Assembly (NCBI RefSeq): GCF_030684315.1
Contig: NC_081357.1
Location: 42,767,517-42,831,516 of the forward strand
Reading direction: 5' to 3'
Source: Stegostoma tigrinum
Taxonomy: Eukaryota
DNA: 64,000 nucleotides
Made by a program: the position numbers and the translations under genes
Shown here: positions 26,421 to 39,929 of the stretch, piece by piece
How the letters are laid out: every line of letters starts with the position of its first letter
Numbering within the stretch: the first letter of the stretch is position 1
The notes under the pieces: model-generated
What the model was told of the DNA's origin: nothing
The model's database searches: none
What the model saw: only the letters and a program-made list of their open reading frames with translations

Positions 26421-27934
26421 GAGCCTGACAGATTTAGAGAAAGACTTCAATCCTCACTAAAGGTCCATGAAGAAGAAGTACAACAACTTCAATCAGCTAA
26501 CAAAATGCTACCAAAGGGGAAAGAGATTTTTAAGTCCAAGATGGGTCATTTTGCAATTCAATGTTTTGAAACTGTTCATGAGCAAAGCTGGCAGCAAGAC
26601 AGGTCAATCAGCAAGTCATGGAAACCTGAAAGAGGTTTACACAAGATCACTCGACTGAGCTCGTGGAGACATAGATTGCCTTCACTAAAATTAAAACTGA
26701 ATGTCAGAACCTTCAGTAACTCAAAATAAATTGGCAGCCTAACTAGGTCAGAGAAACTACCAAACTAAAATTCCAGTTGTTTACACTGAGTCCAATCTCG
26801 TAGGCTGACAAGAAAAGCTTGTAGAACATTTCCAAAAATCTGGCTCTCAGACTCCCAATTCACACAACAGAGAGGTAATTTGATGGTCCAAAATGGTTCT
26901 TTATTCCAGAGATATTCAGCACTCCAAGTAGGAAAAATTCCTTTCCTCGAAGTAACGAAGAAATCTTTCACTCTTGCCTGTTGCATAATCATCAAATGCT
27001 TATTGTTGTTTGTCTCACATATTACAATTATTCCTACATCAGCAAACAAAACAGGTTGAAAGGAGTGTTAGAACTTCACTTCCTTATCTTCCTTTCCAAG
27101 AGGCTACGATCGCATAAATCCTGGTGTCTTCCCCTGTGGATCAGTTTTTCCATGATCGGCCTTCAGTTGCTACATTTAAGGCTTCATTCAATCACAACTC
27201 AAAGACAAAACGTCGCCAGAAACTGTCATTCCACTTCATTAAAGTGTTAGCCCTTCCAGAAAACAAGAGGAGAGCACATACATCCCACACATCTTCTGGG
27301 ACAGCAGGGAATGCTATTGGAGATTTGTCCCTCAAACATAAAACGCGTGTGGGAGTTTGGGAAGAGAAGTAAAAGTGTTGATTGTTCCTGGTTAATTGTC
27401 AGTGCAAAAAGTGATAATATGAAAGAATCTGGTTGCAGATGTCCCGTAAAGAAAACAGTATTTGTATTCTAGGTATAGCTACTGATCAAGTGTAAAAGGA
27501 GCTCTGCCATGATGACATTAGAAGTGAAACTAGACCCAACTGTAAAGGACTCCAGATAATATGTTCTCTGTGCATTGTTATACTCAATAAAGCCTGTGGC
27601 TGTCCACTTACAAGAGTAGAGATCTCACATTACTAATTCGTTGCTTGCAGGGCAAATTTACTCATCGATAAAGTAAATTAGCCTGCGAGGAGAGTCCAGG
27701 AACCTTAGGTCACTAAATTGATTACGAATTATTGAGTGATTGTAGAAAAGGTGAAATCAAACTTCCAATCCAATCCAAAACCTTTACTTTCTTTCCTTGT
27801 TCATTCATTCACAATGTGCAAGCCTGCTACTGGGCTGAATTAGGCAGGGCACCATAATTCGACAACCCAGACTAACCCAGTTAAAAGCAAGGTGATGGAC
27901 GCCTTGTGTTTTAAGGGGTTGTCTCCTATTTTAA

Positions 27935-28118
27935 ATAACAAGGTGTAGAGCTGGATGAACACAGCAGGCCAAGCAGCATCAGAGGAGCAGGAAGGCTGAC
28001 GTTTCGGGCCTAGACCCTAGCCTTCCTGCTCCTCTGATGCTGCTTGGCCTGCTGTGTTCATCCAGCGCTGCACCTTGTTATCTCAGATTTTCCAGCATCT
28101 GCAGTTCCTACTATCTCT
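27935..28118. mobile_element. Palindromic PLE-end element (family A variant)
   Basis: Inverted arms; imperfect TSD TGTCTCYTATT at 27920 and 28118. Confidence 0.85.
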
Positions 28119-29881
28119 GTCTCTTATTATGATTGTTTATCCTGCATTCATTACAACTCTCCTTTCGTCCGCAAGTTCAAGGTCAGCCTGTCAGTGACTA
28201 ATAGTGGATGCCCCAGCTGAATGAGTTGAACGAGACTGAAGTTTGTGGGTCAGCCAGCAGAGATGTGATGGGCTGAACATTACATGCCCCCAACTGTGTG
28301 TGAGGAGTATGTAATGGGTGGATGGGTCACTAACCCATGGCCACCCCATCAGCCCTAAACAAAGCTCAGCAGCATAATGCAGTGTGTGGGAGGCGCTGAA
28401 ACTGGCAGCCCATAAACCGTATGGAAATCAATAGTTAAGGGTCAATTCAGCTAGTCTAGACCATAAAATAGATGAGAACGGCGGGGGTGTAAGATTGGGA
28501 TCCTGGTTTTAAAATGCGGAAAAAGCAACAGGTACAAAAGAGGCTACTATCTTGAGGCAATAGGTGCCACCAGTCCGTCTATGGCTGGCATTGGGACTAC
28601 GAGAAGTGCCCGGGTCAGTGAGGGTTCTGTATCTCACAGAAGCAAAGGTAGTGAGGTCTGGTGGGAAAGAGTAGGGAGGGATGGGTGTGGAGTATTACCG
28701 AGAGATACGTAAGATGTAGTAGAGAGCAGCCAGGGGGAATAGACTTTGGTTGGGGTTTGGGGGTTTGGGTTGTGCATCTGATGTGGAATGGTAGATATCA
28801 TGAGAAGTTGTCCAAGCCACTCCCTCCTTCCCAGCTGAGGTCTGAGCTATCTGACCTTTGAGGCATTCACCCCTGCCCCTGAAATCCTACTTGGTGTGAG
28901 GCTCTGTTTTCTTAACGGAATGATACCAATTACACAGCAGCGCACTGGTAAACCAAATCTAGGTTCAGTTTTTTTGAGGACTTCAAGCTGATATACTATA
29001 AAAGGGCACTTGTGACTGTCACACCAAAGCATGCCTGCAACTGCCGCAAACTATGTGATGCAAGCTGGACTGTGCAACGGTGGCAGATCATATGCTCTAG
29101 GCTGTCATTATATGCTCATTAGCATGGTGCCTCTTAATCACATCACCCTCCAGCCACAAAACCAAGGCAAGGTGACCCTTAAGTGGCTAACGATTAGTCC
29201 TTGCCCAAAAAGGTGGCCACTTATGGGCTTCAATCGTGAACAGGTTGCGTGCAGTGGAAGGGAAGCAGGAATGCCACCCAGGAACCTTATGGGCCACCCC
29301 ATCTGCAAACCCACCAACATGGTGTTGTGAAATTCTTCCCAAGGATAGTTACAGTGATTTTCTGCTTCCAGAAAGAAAGGTTCACATTTTGGGAGTAAAA
29401 CTGGAGCCCCAAACCATGTTCTCTGAGCAGCTTATTATTGGATGCACTGGAAATTGGATTTACTCCTTAATGTATTGAAATGTAGGCTTGGTTTGAATCA
29501 ATGCACTTTAATTTGTGCAGACAACTCACAAACCCCTGACAAAAGTCAGTCTAATACAAAAGGATTAATCAGCTCACAGTCTTTCATGTCACATAACAGC
29601 CATTTAACAATTACTAAAGGTGTTAAGCAGTGCCTATTTCATTTCAACCACTTAATAGTATATTTTAAAGCTGGAATTGAATCTTAATATAATTCTGGTT
29701 TCTTTTTTTTATTTTGCCATAGTTCATCTTGAAGCTGCTTCAGGATCTGAAGGTAATTATTTTTTATAAATATTTCAGAATGTCTCACTCCTAAGAGAAT
29801 GGAGATTTCACAGTTATACTCGTGCATGAGATATCTAACTCCTCCAAGCTAATCCTTCAATCTAATCTTCCAAATTCACTA

Positions 29882-30109
29882 GAGATAATGGGAGCTGCAG
29901 ATGCTGGAGAATTCCAAGATAATAAAATGTGAGGCTGGATGAACACAGCAGGCCAAGCAGCATCTCAGGAGCACAAAAGCTGACGTTTCGGGCCTAGACC
30001 CTTCATCAGAGAGGGTCTCTCTGATGAAGGGTCTAGGCCTGAAACGTCAGCTTTTGTGCTCCTGAGATGCTGCTTGGCCTGCTGTGTTCATCCAGCCTCA
30101 CATTTTATT
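29882..30109. mobile_element. Near-perfect palindromic PLE-end element with a hammerhead motif on each strand
   Basis: 17-bp TSD ATCTTCCAAATTCACTA at 29865-29881 and 30110-30126; hammerheads at 29982-30009(-) and 30021-30048(+). Confidence 0.93.
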
Positions 30110-30197
30110 ATCTTCCAAATTCACTATTTTGTTTTCCATGCTCACCATATTTTATCTAAATGCATGCATTGTTAACTAAATAACATACAGCAGCTAT

Positions 30198-30370
30198 CAG
30201 AGATAATGGGAACTGCAGATGCTGGAGAATCCAAGATAATAAAGTGTGAAGCTGGATGAACACAGCAGGCCAAGCAGCATCTCAGGAGCACAAAAGCTTG
30301 AAGCTGGATGTTGTGCTCCTGAGATGCTGCTTGGCCTGCTGTGTTCATCCAGCTTCAGATTTTGTTATCT
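30198..30370. mobile_element. Palindromic PLE-end element lacking the hammerhead
   Basis: 12-bp TSD TACAGCAGCTAT at 30186-30197 and 30371-30382. Confidence 0.9.
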
Positions 30371-31989
30371 TACAGCAGCTATTCCTGCCTCTTTGAAATG
30401 CAGAAAATGTCATTGATCAGCTAATGGGAAAAAATAGTTGGAGGAAAGGACTTTTATGTCGCACCATTTTTTGGGGCATCAGAAAATCATATAAGTCTGA
30501 AAACCATTTCGTCCTTTTGCTTATGTTGGCTCTTTGTAAAAAGTGATCTTGCACTCCTCTGCATACTTATTTCCCCAGTGATCTATGTAAGGAGACTAAC
30601 TACAACATTATCTTCGTGAAGCCACATTGACATTGCTTGATCAAATTTAGGTTTTCTTAATGCTTTGCTAAAAATCTCTTCTTATCTCAATAGGCTAAAG
30701 GTCCTTTTTCCGTATTATAGACCTCTATGCCTCTATGATAGCCTCTAGTATTTTCCAATTGACAGATGTTTAACTAACTAGCCTATTTTCTTGTCACCTT
30801 TCCTTTTTGAATGAAGGTGTTTCATAGAAAAACATTAAATTAAATGGCACCAATACAGACATTTAGCTAATAATTGAGATAAGTGCACTTAGTTTATCCT
30901 TGTAAAGACAGCAGGCCCAGGCACCGCCAGGCAGCTCAGTGCACCTAAAGATTGATTTCAGAAATCTATCGTATCCTTAATGAGTAATCATACAATTCCC
31001 TAATAGCCTGAACAAACACTGTGCATTGTCAGCATTTATCAGAATTTTAATAAGTATGATGCAGTGAGGTAGCAAGTCTGTAATGAGATGATAAGGTGCT
31101 GCCGTTGCCATATTACTGAAGAACTATAGAACATACCCACACCCATGCGCACAACAACATACAACGTGCCAGAAGGTTTTTTAAAAGGTACTTTTCTATC
31201 CTTGATGTGGGAATTTCTGGCGTCCCTAATTGCCCTTGAGGCTTTGGTGAGTTTCCTTGGAAATCCACGTAGTTTAGGGACACCCATTGTGCTCTTAGGA
31301 AAGGCATGTTCCAGGGTTTGGACGCAGCAGCAATGAAACAATGGAGATGTACTCCCCAGTCAGGATGGACTGTAGCCTTGAGGGGAACTAGCAACTGCTT
31401 TCTTTCTTGTGTTCATCCATTCCCAGTCTACTTGTCCTCTTTTCCAAATCATCTTTGTTATTTAATTTCTCCCACCCTTGATCTTCTCCCAAACTTCCAT
31501 TTTGTTCTTCCTCGTCCCCTTCCATAAACTGTAACTTCTACTTTCTTTCGATTCTGAAGAGTCATAACCAACATAAAACCTGATCACAGTTCCATTATTT
31601 TCAGACGTTGCCAGACCTGTTCGGGATTTTCAGAACTTTCTGGATTTTTTTTTTCCTATTTTATGCTCCCAGCATCCACAGAATTTTGTTTTAACATAAA
31701 TGCCTCAGCCAGAAAATAGGAGCAGAATCTTACAGAAGACCGATTAAATGTGGGCTATTGTGAAAACATGTGGCAGAATCAAATGAGATGTCTGGCGAGG
31801 CCCAGATAAATGATGGGAGCATTTCACTGTGTCTTTTATGTTGCTGTTTTAGTGGTGTAGTGAGCTTTTTATTAGTTGTGCCTTGGTAATTAAGGGGAAT
31901 TATTACTTGTTACACATCTTGTTGGCAGCTCAATTCACCCTATTAATGTTCAGATTCCTATTTTTCTGAACGCACAAAGCAAGCTAGAA

Positions 31990-32298
31990 ATCACGGAATC
32001 TCTACAGTGTGGAAGCAGACCATTCAGCCCACCAAGTCTTCCAAACAACATTCCACACAGAACCACTCCATTCCTGTAAGCCTGCAATTCCCATGGCCAA
32101 TCCACCTAATCTGGACGCTATGGATAATTTAGGATGGCCAATCCAACTAATCCGCACGTCTTTAGATTGCGGGAGGAAACTGGAGCAGAAAGACATTCAG
32201 ACACGGGGAGAATGTACAAACTCCACATAGACAGCTGCCGGAGGGTGGAATCGATCCCGGGACCCTGTTGCTATGAGGTGGCAGTGCTATCCACTGTG
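31990..32298 (-). mobile_element. HE1-type V-SINE
   Basis: tRNA-like head, V-domain (gtggagtttgtacattctccccgtgtctg), HER1 tail. Confidence 0.8.
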
Positions 32299-32339
32299 AC
32301 ATGGAAATCAGAGCATGTGTCTGGTGACTTCAGAGGACT

Positions 32340-32945
32340 TCCATGTTTCTTAGGACCAAATTGGGCCTCAGAATACAATACATGGGGACCAGCCCCTCAT
32401 CCATGGACACTGGCATTCAGCATTTGCCAGCTCCTCATGATCATCCTGACATCTCTCCAATATATTAGAAGACTGCTCAGGAAGCGCAGACTTGCATTGC
32501 AGATACACCAGCTACCAATGTTCCCTCCAGTGTGCCCAGCTACTACGAGGGCGTGTGCACAGCCGAAGCTTTTTTCCACATTGACTTCTGGGTCTGTAAA
32601 TATGTATTGCAGAGGTACATCTGGTGAGATGAGTGAATGGTAGGAATGAGGAGTTGTTAAGGACTCTTGGTCTGTACATGACGAAGTTTACAAAGATGAG
32701 GGGGTGTCTGGTGGTAACTGTAAGCTATGAGAGAGAAGTTGTCATGGCCAATGGATAGAAGAGATGTGCAATGAATGACACTGATGGCAGGGTTACTATG
32801 AGAGTTACAGCAGAATGAAGAGAGATGCATTTACCGATTTGATGGAATGTGGATCTGCAGGAATAGCCCCTATCTTCTCCTGCGAGGGCTAGGATTCTCT
32901 CCTCCAAGGGGCTAGGGAGCCTAATGTCACACACCCCTCCACTCA
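32340..32945. mobile_element. Probable degenerate PIF/Harbinger DNA-transposon relic
   Basis: Minus-strand SGG..DIRLPSPLEERILALAGED resembles the C-terminal part of the Harbinger Myb/SANT-like protein. Confidence 0.35.
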
Positions 32946-33821
32946 TAAATGCTCTGTCTGCAATGTTTTTGGCTGTTTTCTCCCCTAATTAGAGAAAAAG
33001 AGGGGCTGAGTGAGGTGAAATTGGGTGACACAGTACAGCGATGAAATTTCTGAGGGAATGAGGAGACATCCCAGAGAGAAAGTGGGGTAAGTGATGTCAT
33101 CTTTCCCTTATCAGATATCTTCAGAAAATGTCCTTGACCAAGCAGGGGAGCTTCAAAATGCCAGTGCAACTTTTGATATACAGTGGTCTTAAAGAAGATA
33201 TGGGTGCAGACTTTCTGGGGATTTTTTTGGGAGATATTGACTAAGTGGTCAGTTGTTCTGGGAATGGCGTTGAATAAAATGAGAATAGAATTGGGTAAGA
33301 TGGATGCCACAGAAGTGGGGTATGTAGATAATGAGGAACATTTGGTAAGACATAACAAGACCTCTTCCAAAAACTCAACACAAACAGTACTTAGGCAAAC
33401 AAACGTAAGATTCAATCTAGGATATTTGAGGCAAGTGAATCAATTGTTGACTCTTCGAATGCCCTCACTCTGTACATGGTCGTGGGTGTACTGCAACACC
33501 AGTCAAGATCCAGGACACCACCCTAGACAGAAAATATCACATGTGATCGGCTAATCCCTTCCAACAATGTACTTTGGATGCAGTGTTTAATTACAGGATG
33601 CAATGTAGCAATTCCCAAAGGCTTCTTCTGTAACACCTTTATAACTGGTGACATTCTCCACTTCGGATACAAGGGGAGCAATTGCTTGAGAACATCATCA
33701 GTTCCAAATCCACGCACCACTGAGGCCTGTAAACATATTGATAGTTGGCTAAGACTGTGAACCCAAGCAATTTAAATGCTGGAATAATTGTTCAATCTCA
33801 TATGTGTTCTTACTTTCTAAC

Positions 33822-36534
33822 TGTAATGATTGGAACAAGGTTAGCCTGGTGGATCTCATTGAGTATGAGTTCCTTGATTGGGGCTGGTAACCTGGGCCAA
33901 TCAGGGAGCCCTGGCTGACAGATAAGAATGGGCATCTCAGAGATTCCACTGACTCTAGGGACTGGCTCATCAGAGGCATGTGTAGAACATAGAACATAGA
34001 AAAGTACAGCACAGTACAGACCCTTTGGCCCACAATGTTGTGCCGTGGAATAATCCTAATCCAAAAATAAAATAATCTAACCTACATTCCCCTCAATTCA
34101 CTGCTGTCCATGTGCATGTCCAGCAGTCGCTTAAATGTCATTAATGAGTCCGCTTCCACGACTACCACGGGTAAACTATTCCATGCGCTCACAACTCTCT
34201 GGGTGAAGAACCTCCCTCTGACGTCTCCTCTATACCTTCCTCCTAACACCTTAAAACTATGACCCCTCGTGGCAGTCAATCCAGCCCTGGGGAAAAGTCT
34301 TTGGCTATCGACTCTATCCGTGCCTCTCATTACCTTGTACACCTCGATAAGGTCACCTATCTTCCTCCTTCTCTCCAGAGAGAAAAGTCCGAGCTCAGTC
34401 AACCTCTGCTCGTAAGACAAGCCCTCCAGTCCAGGCAACATCCTGGTAAACCTCCTTTGCACCCTCTCCAAAGCCTCCACATCTTTCCTATAATAAGGCG
34501 ACCAGAACTGGGCACAATATTCCAAGTGTGGCCTCGCCAGGGTTTTGTAAAGCTGCAGCATAACCTCGCGGCTCTTAAACTTGATCCCCCTCTTAATAAA
34601 AGCCAAAAAACCATATGCTTTCTTAACAACCTTATCCACCTGGGTGGCAACTTTGAGGGAGCTATGCACTTGCATACCAAAATCCCGCTGTTCCTCCACA
34701 CTGCCGAGAATCCTGCCTTTAATCCTATATTCAGCATTTAAGTTTGACCTTCCAAAATGCATCACTTCACATTTATCCAGGTTGAACTCCATCTGCCATT
34801 TCTCAGCCCAGCTTTGCATTCTGTCAATGTCTCGCTGAAGCCTGCAATAGTCCTCGATACTATCAACAGCACCTCCAACTTTTGTGTCATCAGCAAACAT
34901 ACTAACCCACCCCTCAACCTCCTTATCCAAGTCATTTATAAAAGCTACAAGGAGAAAAGGCCCAAGAACAGAGCCCTGCAGGACACCACTCAGCACTGAC
35001 CTCCAGGCAGAATACTTACCATCTACAACCACTCTCTGCCTCCTGTCAGCCAACCAATTCTGAATCCAGGCAGCCAAATCACCTTGTATCCCGTACCTCC
35101 TGACTTTATGAATGAGTCTGCCGTGGGGAACCTTATCAAATGCCTTGCTGAAGTCCATGTACACCACATCCAATGCTCCACCCTCGTCAACCTGTCTCAT
35201 GACTTCCTCAAAGAACTCAATAAGATTTGTAAGGCATGACCTGCCCCTCGCAAAGCCATGCTGACTCCCTTTAATCACGCTATACTTTTCCAAATAGTCA
35301 TAAATCCTATTCATCAGAATTCTTTCCAAAACCTTGTTGACTACAGACGTAAGACTGACTGGTCTGTAATTTCCAGGGATTTCCCTATTCCCTTTCTTGA
35401 AAAGAGGAACAACATTTGCCTCCCTCCAATCCTCCAGTACGACTCCCGTGGAGAGTGAGGAAGCAAAGATCTTCGCCAGCGGCTTAGCAACCTCCTTTCT
35501 CGCTTCCCGGAGCAATCTGGTCTAGCCCTGGGGACTAATCAATCTTAATGTTTTCCAAAATTTCCAGCACATCAACTTCCTCAATCTTGATCTGTTCAAG
35601 CCTGTTTCCCTGCTCCTCAAAGCTCTCATTCACAACAAGGTCCCTTTCCTTCGTGAAAACCGAAGGAAAAAACTCATTTAGGGCTTCCCCTATCTGCTCA
35701 GACTTCACGCACAAGTTCCCTACGCTATCCCTGATCGGCCCTACCTTCTCCCTGATCATTCTCTTATTCCTCGCGTATGAGTAAAATGCCTTCAGGTTCT
35801 CCCTAATCCTTCCTGCCAACCCTTTATCGTGCCCCGTCCTGGCCCTCCTCAGTCCACTTTTGAGCTCCTTCTGAGCAAGCCTGTAATCCTCTAAAGCTGT
35901 GCTAGACCCTTGCTTCCTCCACCTTACGTACGCTGCCTTTTTCTTTTTGACAAGCAGAACCTCAGTACCCGTCATCTAAGGTTCTTTAATCTTACCCCTT
36001 CTTACCTGTCTCAGAGGAACAAATTTATACATCACTCGCAACAACTGCTCCCTAAACAGCCTCCACATGCCTGCTGTGCCCTTTCTGTGGAACAATTGCT
36101 CCCAACCTGTACTTCCCAACTCCTGCCTGATAGCGTCATAGTTTCCTTTTCCCCAGTTAAATATCTTCCCCTGGTAACTGCTCCTTTCCCTTTTCATGGC
36201 TATGGTAAATGTGAGGCTGTTGTGGTCACTGTCGCCAAAGTGTTCTCCCACCACGAGATCTGACGCCTGTCCTGGCTCATTGCCGAGCACCAAATCCAAA
36301 ATGGCCTCTCCCCTCGTCGGCCTGTCCACATACTGAGTAAGGAAACCGTCCTGAACACACCTGACAAAAACGCCTCCATCCAAACCATCTGCACTAAGTA
36401 GGTTCCAATCAATATTGGGAAAGTTGAAGTCACCCATAACAACAGCCCCGCTACGTTTGAACTTTTCGACAATGTGTACATGTAAATAAATGGTGACTTG
36501 GTGATGGGATATCAGCCTCTGTGGAGTTATTTCA
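33822..36534 (+). mobile_element. Possible solo LTR (33822-33984 plus 36479-36534) split by the CR1 insertion
   Basis: TG...CA ends; CCAAT, TATA-like GATAAGAA and AATAAA in LTR order once the CR1 is removed. Confidence 0.4.
33985..36471 (-). mobile_element. Young 5'-truncated HER1/CR1 LINE with an intact 477-aa RT ORF (34082-35515)
   Basis: GDFNFPNIDW, SDHN, NYRPVSLTS, SQHGF, DFSKAFDKVPH, QGSVLGP, FADD; (ttctatg)n tail; TSD ATGTGTA at 33978-33984 and 36472-36478. Confidence 0.95.
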
Positions 36535-36626
36535 CTTCTAGCTTCCTCAAAATCAAGAAATTTAAGTGACTTTCAAATCTTAGTTCTTTCATAGTGGAGA
36601 ACAGAACACATGCTTTATCCAGGACA

Positions 36627-36804
36627 GAGATAATGGGAACTGCAGATGCTGGAGATTCCAAGATAATAAAATGTGAGGCTGGATGAACACAGCAGGCCAA
36701 GCAGCATCTCAGGAGCACAAAAGCTGACGTTTCGGGCCTAGACCCTTCATGAAGGGTCTAGGCCCGAAATGTCAGCTTTTGTGCTCCTGAGATGCTGCTT
36801 GGCC
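36627..36804. mobile_element. Palindromic PLE-end element (family A)
   Basis: Centre CCCTTCATGAAGGG; 16-bp TSD TGCTTTATCCAGGACA at 36611-36626 and 36805-36820. Confidence 0.92.
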
Positions 36805-37974
36805 TGCTTTATCCAGGACACCCTATGCATTGATTGAAATGATATAATACTATTGCATTCAGCTTTACTTTTAAACAGAAATTTCAGATTTACAGAAGCC
36901 ATGAATACAGTTATTACTTATAAACATCCAACAGTTGAGTAACTGTTGAAAGAGATCTTTCCCTGTGAACTAGTAGCATTCATGCTGATACTTGTAAGTG
37001 CATTTTTAACTATGCCCAGCCCTGCTATAAAATCACAATGTCAGAACAATGCTTCTGCTGTCAATTTAATGAAAGGAATTAAATAATGAAAACTCAGATG
37101 ATGACATGAATTCCAATGTCTGCTTGGTTCCTGACAAACTCAAGTTCCGTGCCATACATTTTAAGAAACTGTGGTCCAATAATTCAAGTCAGCAAATTGA
37201 AAGGACAATTAGAATCAGTGCAGAAATAGACAGTTCTAGGATATCAGTAGACATTCAGCTGGAACTGCCTCCAGCGCCAGCAAAGGTATAATGGCCTTCA
37301 TCACCCTGGCAAGGAGAATGCAAGGCCAGATCCCGGTGATAGGACTCTGGGTATTCAACCTCCAGCAAACACACCAGCCAAGGAGCCTGAGCACTGGTCA
37401 TATTTCAAAAGAGGGGAGCAATGTATGCCCCAGGTAATTACTGAACTCTTTGCAAGTTTCAGAGTCCGGATGCAGCTAAGGACCTGGTGGAAGTGATTCA
37501 TGCAATGCTCTAAGACAACAAGCCTATGGAATTGGCCCTACAGACCAGCTATGCCTTATCTCCCATTTGTCTTTTCAGACAAGAGGACCAATAACTCCCA
37601 AGAATTGGCACTTCCTGCTATGGAGATTGTAGCCATGGAGATTGCCAGAGTAACACCTAGAAGCCACTCAGTTAATGTGAGATGGACATCCCCCGTGGAG
37701 AGGGTGAAAATATATTACAATCTGAAAAAATAATCCACAAGGGACTGCAGTATTCTCCTCCCACAAGTGCACCAACAGCTGACCTGCATTGTGAAGCCTC
37801 TGCATTACCAAAGCCTCTGCTCAAAATCTGCGACTTTGCCTTTCCCACAAGTTTGGATGAGGATTGAGAAGACTGTGTCTGATTCTACCACTGTTTTCCA
37901 AGTGCTCTGTTATACAATCCCTGATAAAGGACTCTGGCATCCATCCAACCCCTGGTGTAAACTTCCCTGTTTTC

Positions 37975-38700
37975 TCTCTATCTTCCTTTTCTTTTAAATA
38001 GTGGGGTTACATTAGCTACCCTGAAATCTATAGGAACTGTTCTAGACTCTAAGGAATCTTGAAAAGTGACCGCCAATGCATCCATTATTTCTAGGGCTAT
38101 TTCTTTAAGTACTCCGGCATGTAAATTATCAGGCCCTGGATAGTTAACAGCCTTCAATCTCATCAATTTCCCCAATACCATTTTCCTACTAATACAGATA
38201 TGCGTCAGTTCCTCCCTCTCACTAAACCCTGCGTTTCCCATCATTTCTGCTGTGTTATTTGTGTCCTTCTTTGTGAAGACAGAAGCAGGGTGTGAATTTA
38301 GTTCATCAGCTATGACTTGCCTCCCTATTATGAATTCCCCCATTTCTGATTGTAACGCACCTGCATTAATTTTCACCAGCATTTTTCTCTTTGTATACCG
38401 GTAGAAGCCTTTCAGTTCTTATATTCCCTGTAAGCTTACCCTCAAATTTCTTCCCCCTTCATAACTAATCTCTTGGTCCTCCTTTACTGACTTTGAGACA
38501 GTTCCCTACTGTCAGGTCTATTGTTTTATCCTACCGATTTGTTTGCCCCTTTTTCTAACTTCCCTCATACATCAGGGCTTGTCCACTGTTCCCTTTATGC
38601 TCTTGCACCAGACAGATGTAAAAATAAATGTAGTTCATCCATTTGTTCTTTAAATGTTTGCCATTGCCTATCCACTGTCATACCTTTCAGTAACATTTCC
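37975..38700 (-). mobile_element. CR1 fragment
   Basis: PGPDNLHAGVLKEIA..VPIDFRVANVTPLFKR. Confidence 0.88.
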
Positions 38701-39929
38701 CATTTTTGTGAAGTCCCCCCCATTCTACAAATAACTACCTTATACAGTCCCCTCACTGTTCACTGTCTAAACCCAACAACCTAGTTAAATCTATGAAATT
38801 CTGTGCATTTTCAGATATTTACCAATATGTTTATCATATCACATCAACTTTAAAGCAGTGCAGGATAGAAGCACATTCAGAACATGTTAATGCTGAAATA
38901 GTTTTCAACCAGCAGAGGGATCTGCTGACCTTACACAAACCATTCATTGCATCCCCTAGTGGAGGGATCCAGAAGCTCAATTTAAAGAGCAAAAAGCCTT
39001 AGAAGCTCATGGTTTGCCAAACATTAGACGAGATAATGGATATTAGGCATCATCAAGACTACTATTTTGTTGCACTGCACACATCTGACAAATTGACACC
39101 CAGAGGCAACCTCAGTGTGCTGAAGGTGAAACCCTTCATCTGTAAGAGAGCCAGCTAAGAGAGCTGCTAACATTGAAATACTCACTCTAAAGGGAATTGA
39201 TACATATCACTTGACTTGAAAGTTGCACTTAGTCATTGTTTGTCAACAATACAGCAGGGACCAGCTTAAGATGGCAATAGATGATTCTTCAACAACTGAG
39301 CCTGTAAGGTTGGGCCAAGTTAATTTTGAAACATTGTGATGAGTTGTCATTTTGCAGTCTGTGCCAATTGTTCTACACTGTCCACATTGAGATAAAAATA
39401 CAATCATAAACAAATGATATCAAGCGCCAAAGTGAAGTTCTGGACTCAGAGACAGCAATTTAACAGTGTTCTGTCACTATCTCATGTAATTGTTATTGAT
39501 AAGCGACAAGAGATTGACCCTACTAAATAATGCATCCATGACCTTCTGGATAAACCTATCGGCAGCAAGCAAGCTGGCATTACAAAATTCCTCAATGCTA
39601 ATGTATAAGGAGCCTGATTAAAATAATTAGGATCATTGACTTTGATGCCAGTCCTCTTGAGATATTTTTATTCTTTCAGAGAATGAGGTCATTGCTGGCT
39701 TGGCTAGCATTTGCTGCAGATCCTCTGCGTAATCTGTGACCTTCCTGAAAATGATGGCATGCCTTTCTACAGTCATCACCCAGGTATCTTTACTACTACA
39801 GTAGTTTTGATCTGTAGTAGGCTTCAGGATTTGACAATATAACCGATTAAACAGTCAGCTCTTTCCTGTTCTGCCACTTTTGGAGCTAGTAAGTCACCAA
39901 TTGCACAAAAAATATGAGATCTGATAAGA

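Noticed and set aside
29882-30109. Palindromes as MITEs or miRNA precursors
   Set aside because: TSD length varies (10-17 bp), the arms are asymmetric, the centres differ, and the sequence is identical to the 3' end of coding PLEs.
26981-33554. Assorted 60-170 aa ORFs in intergenic DNA
   Set aside because: No domain motifs or exon structure; consistent with chance ORFs or repeat antisense frames.
34082-35515. 477-aa RT ORF as a domesticated gene
   Set aside because: It lies within a 5'-truncated CR1 copy with a TSD and tail, and has no promoter or splice signals. Recent insertion explains the open frame.
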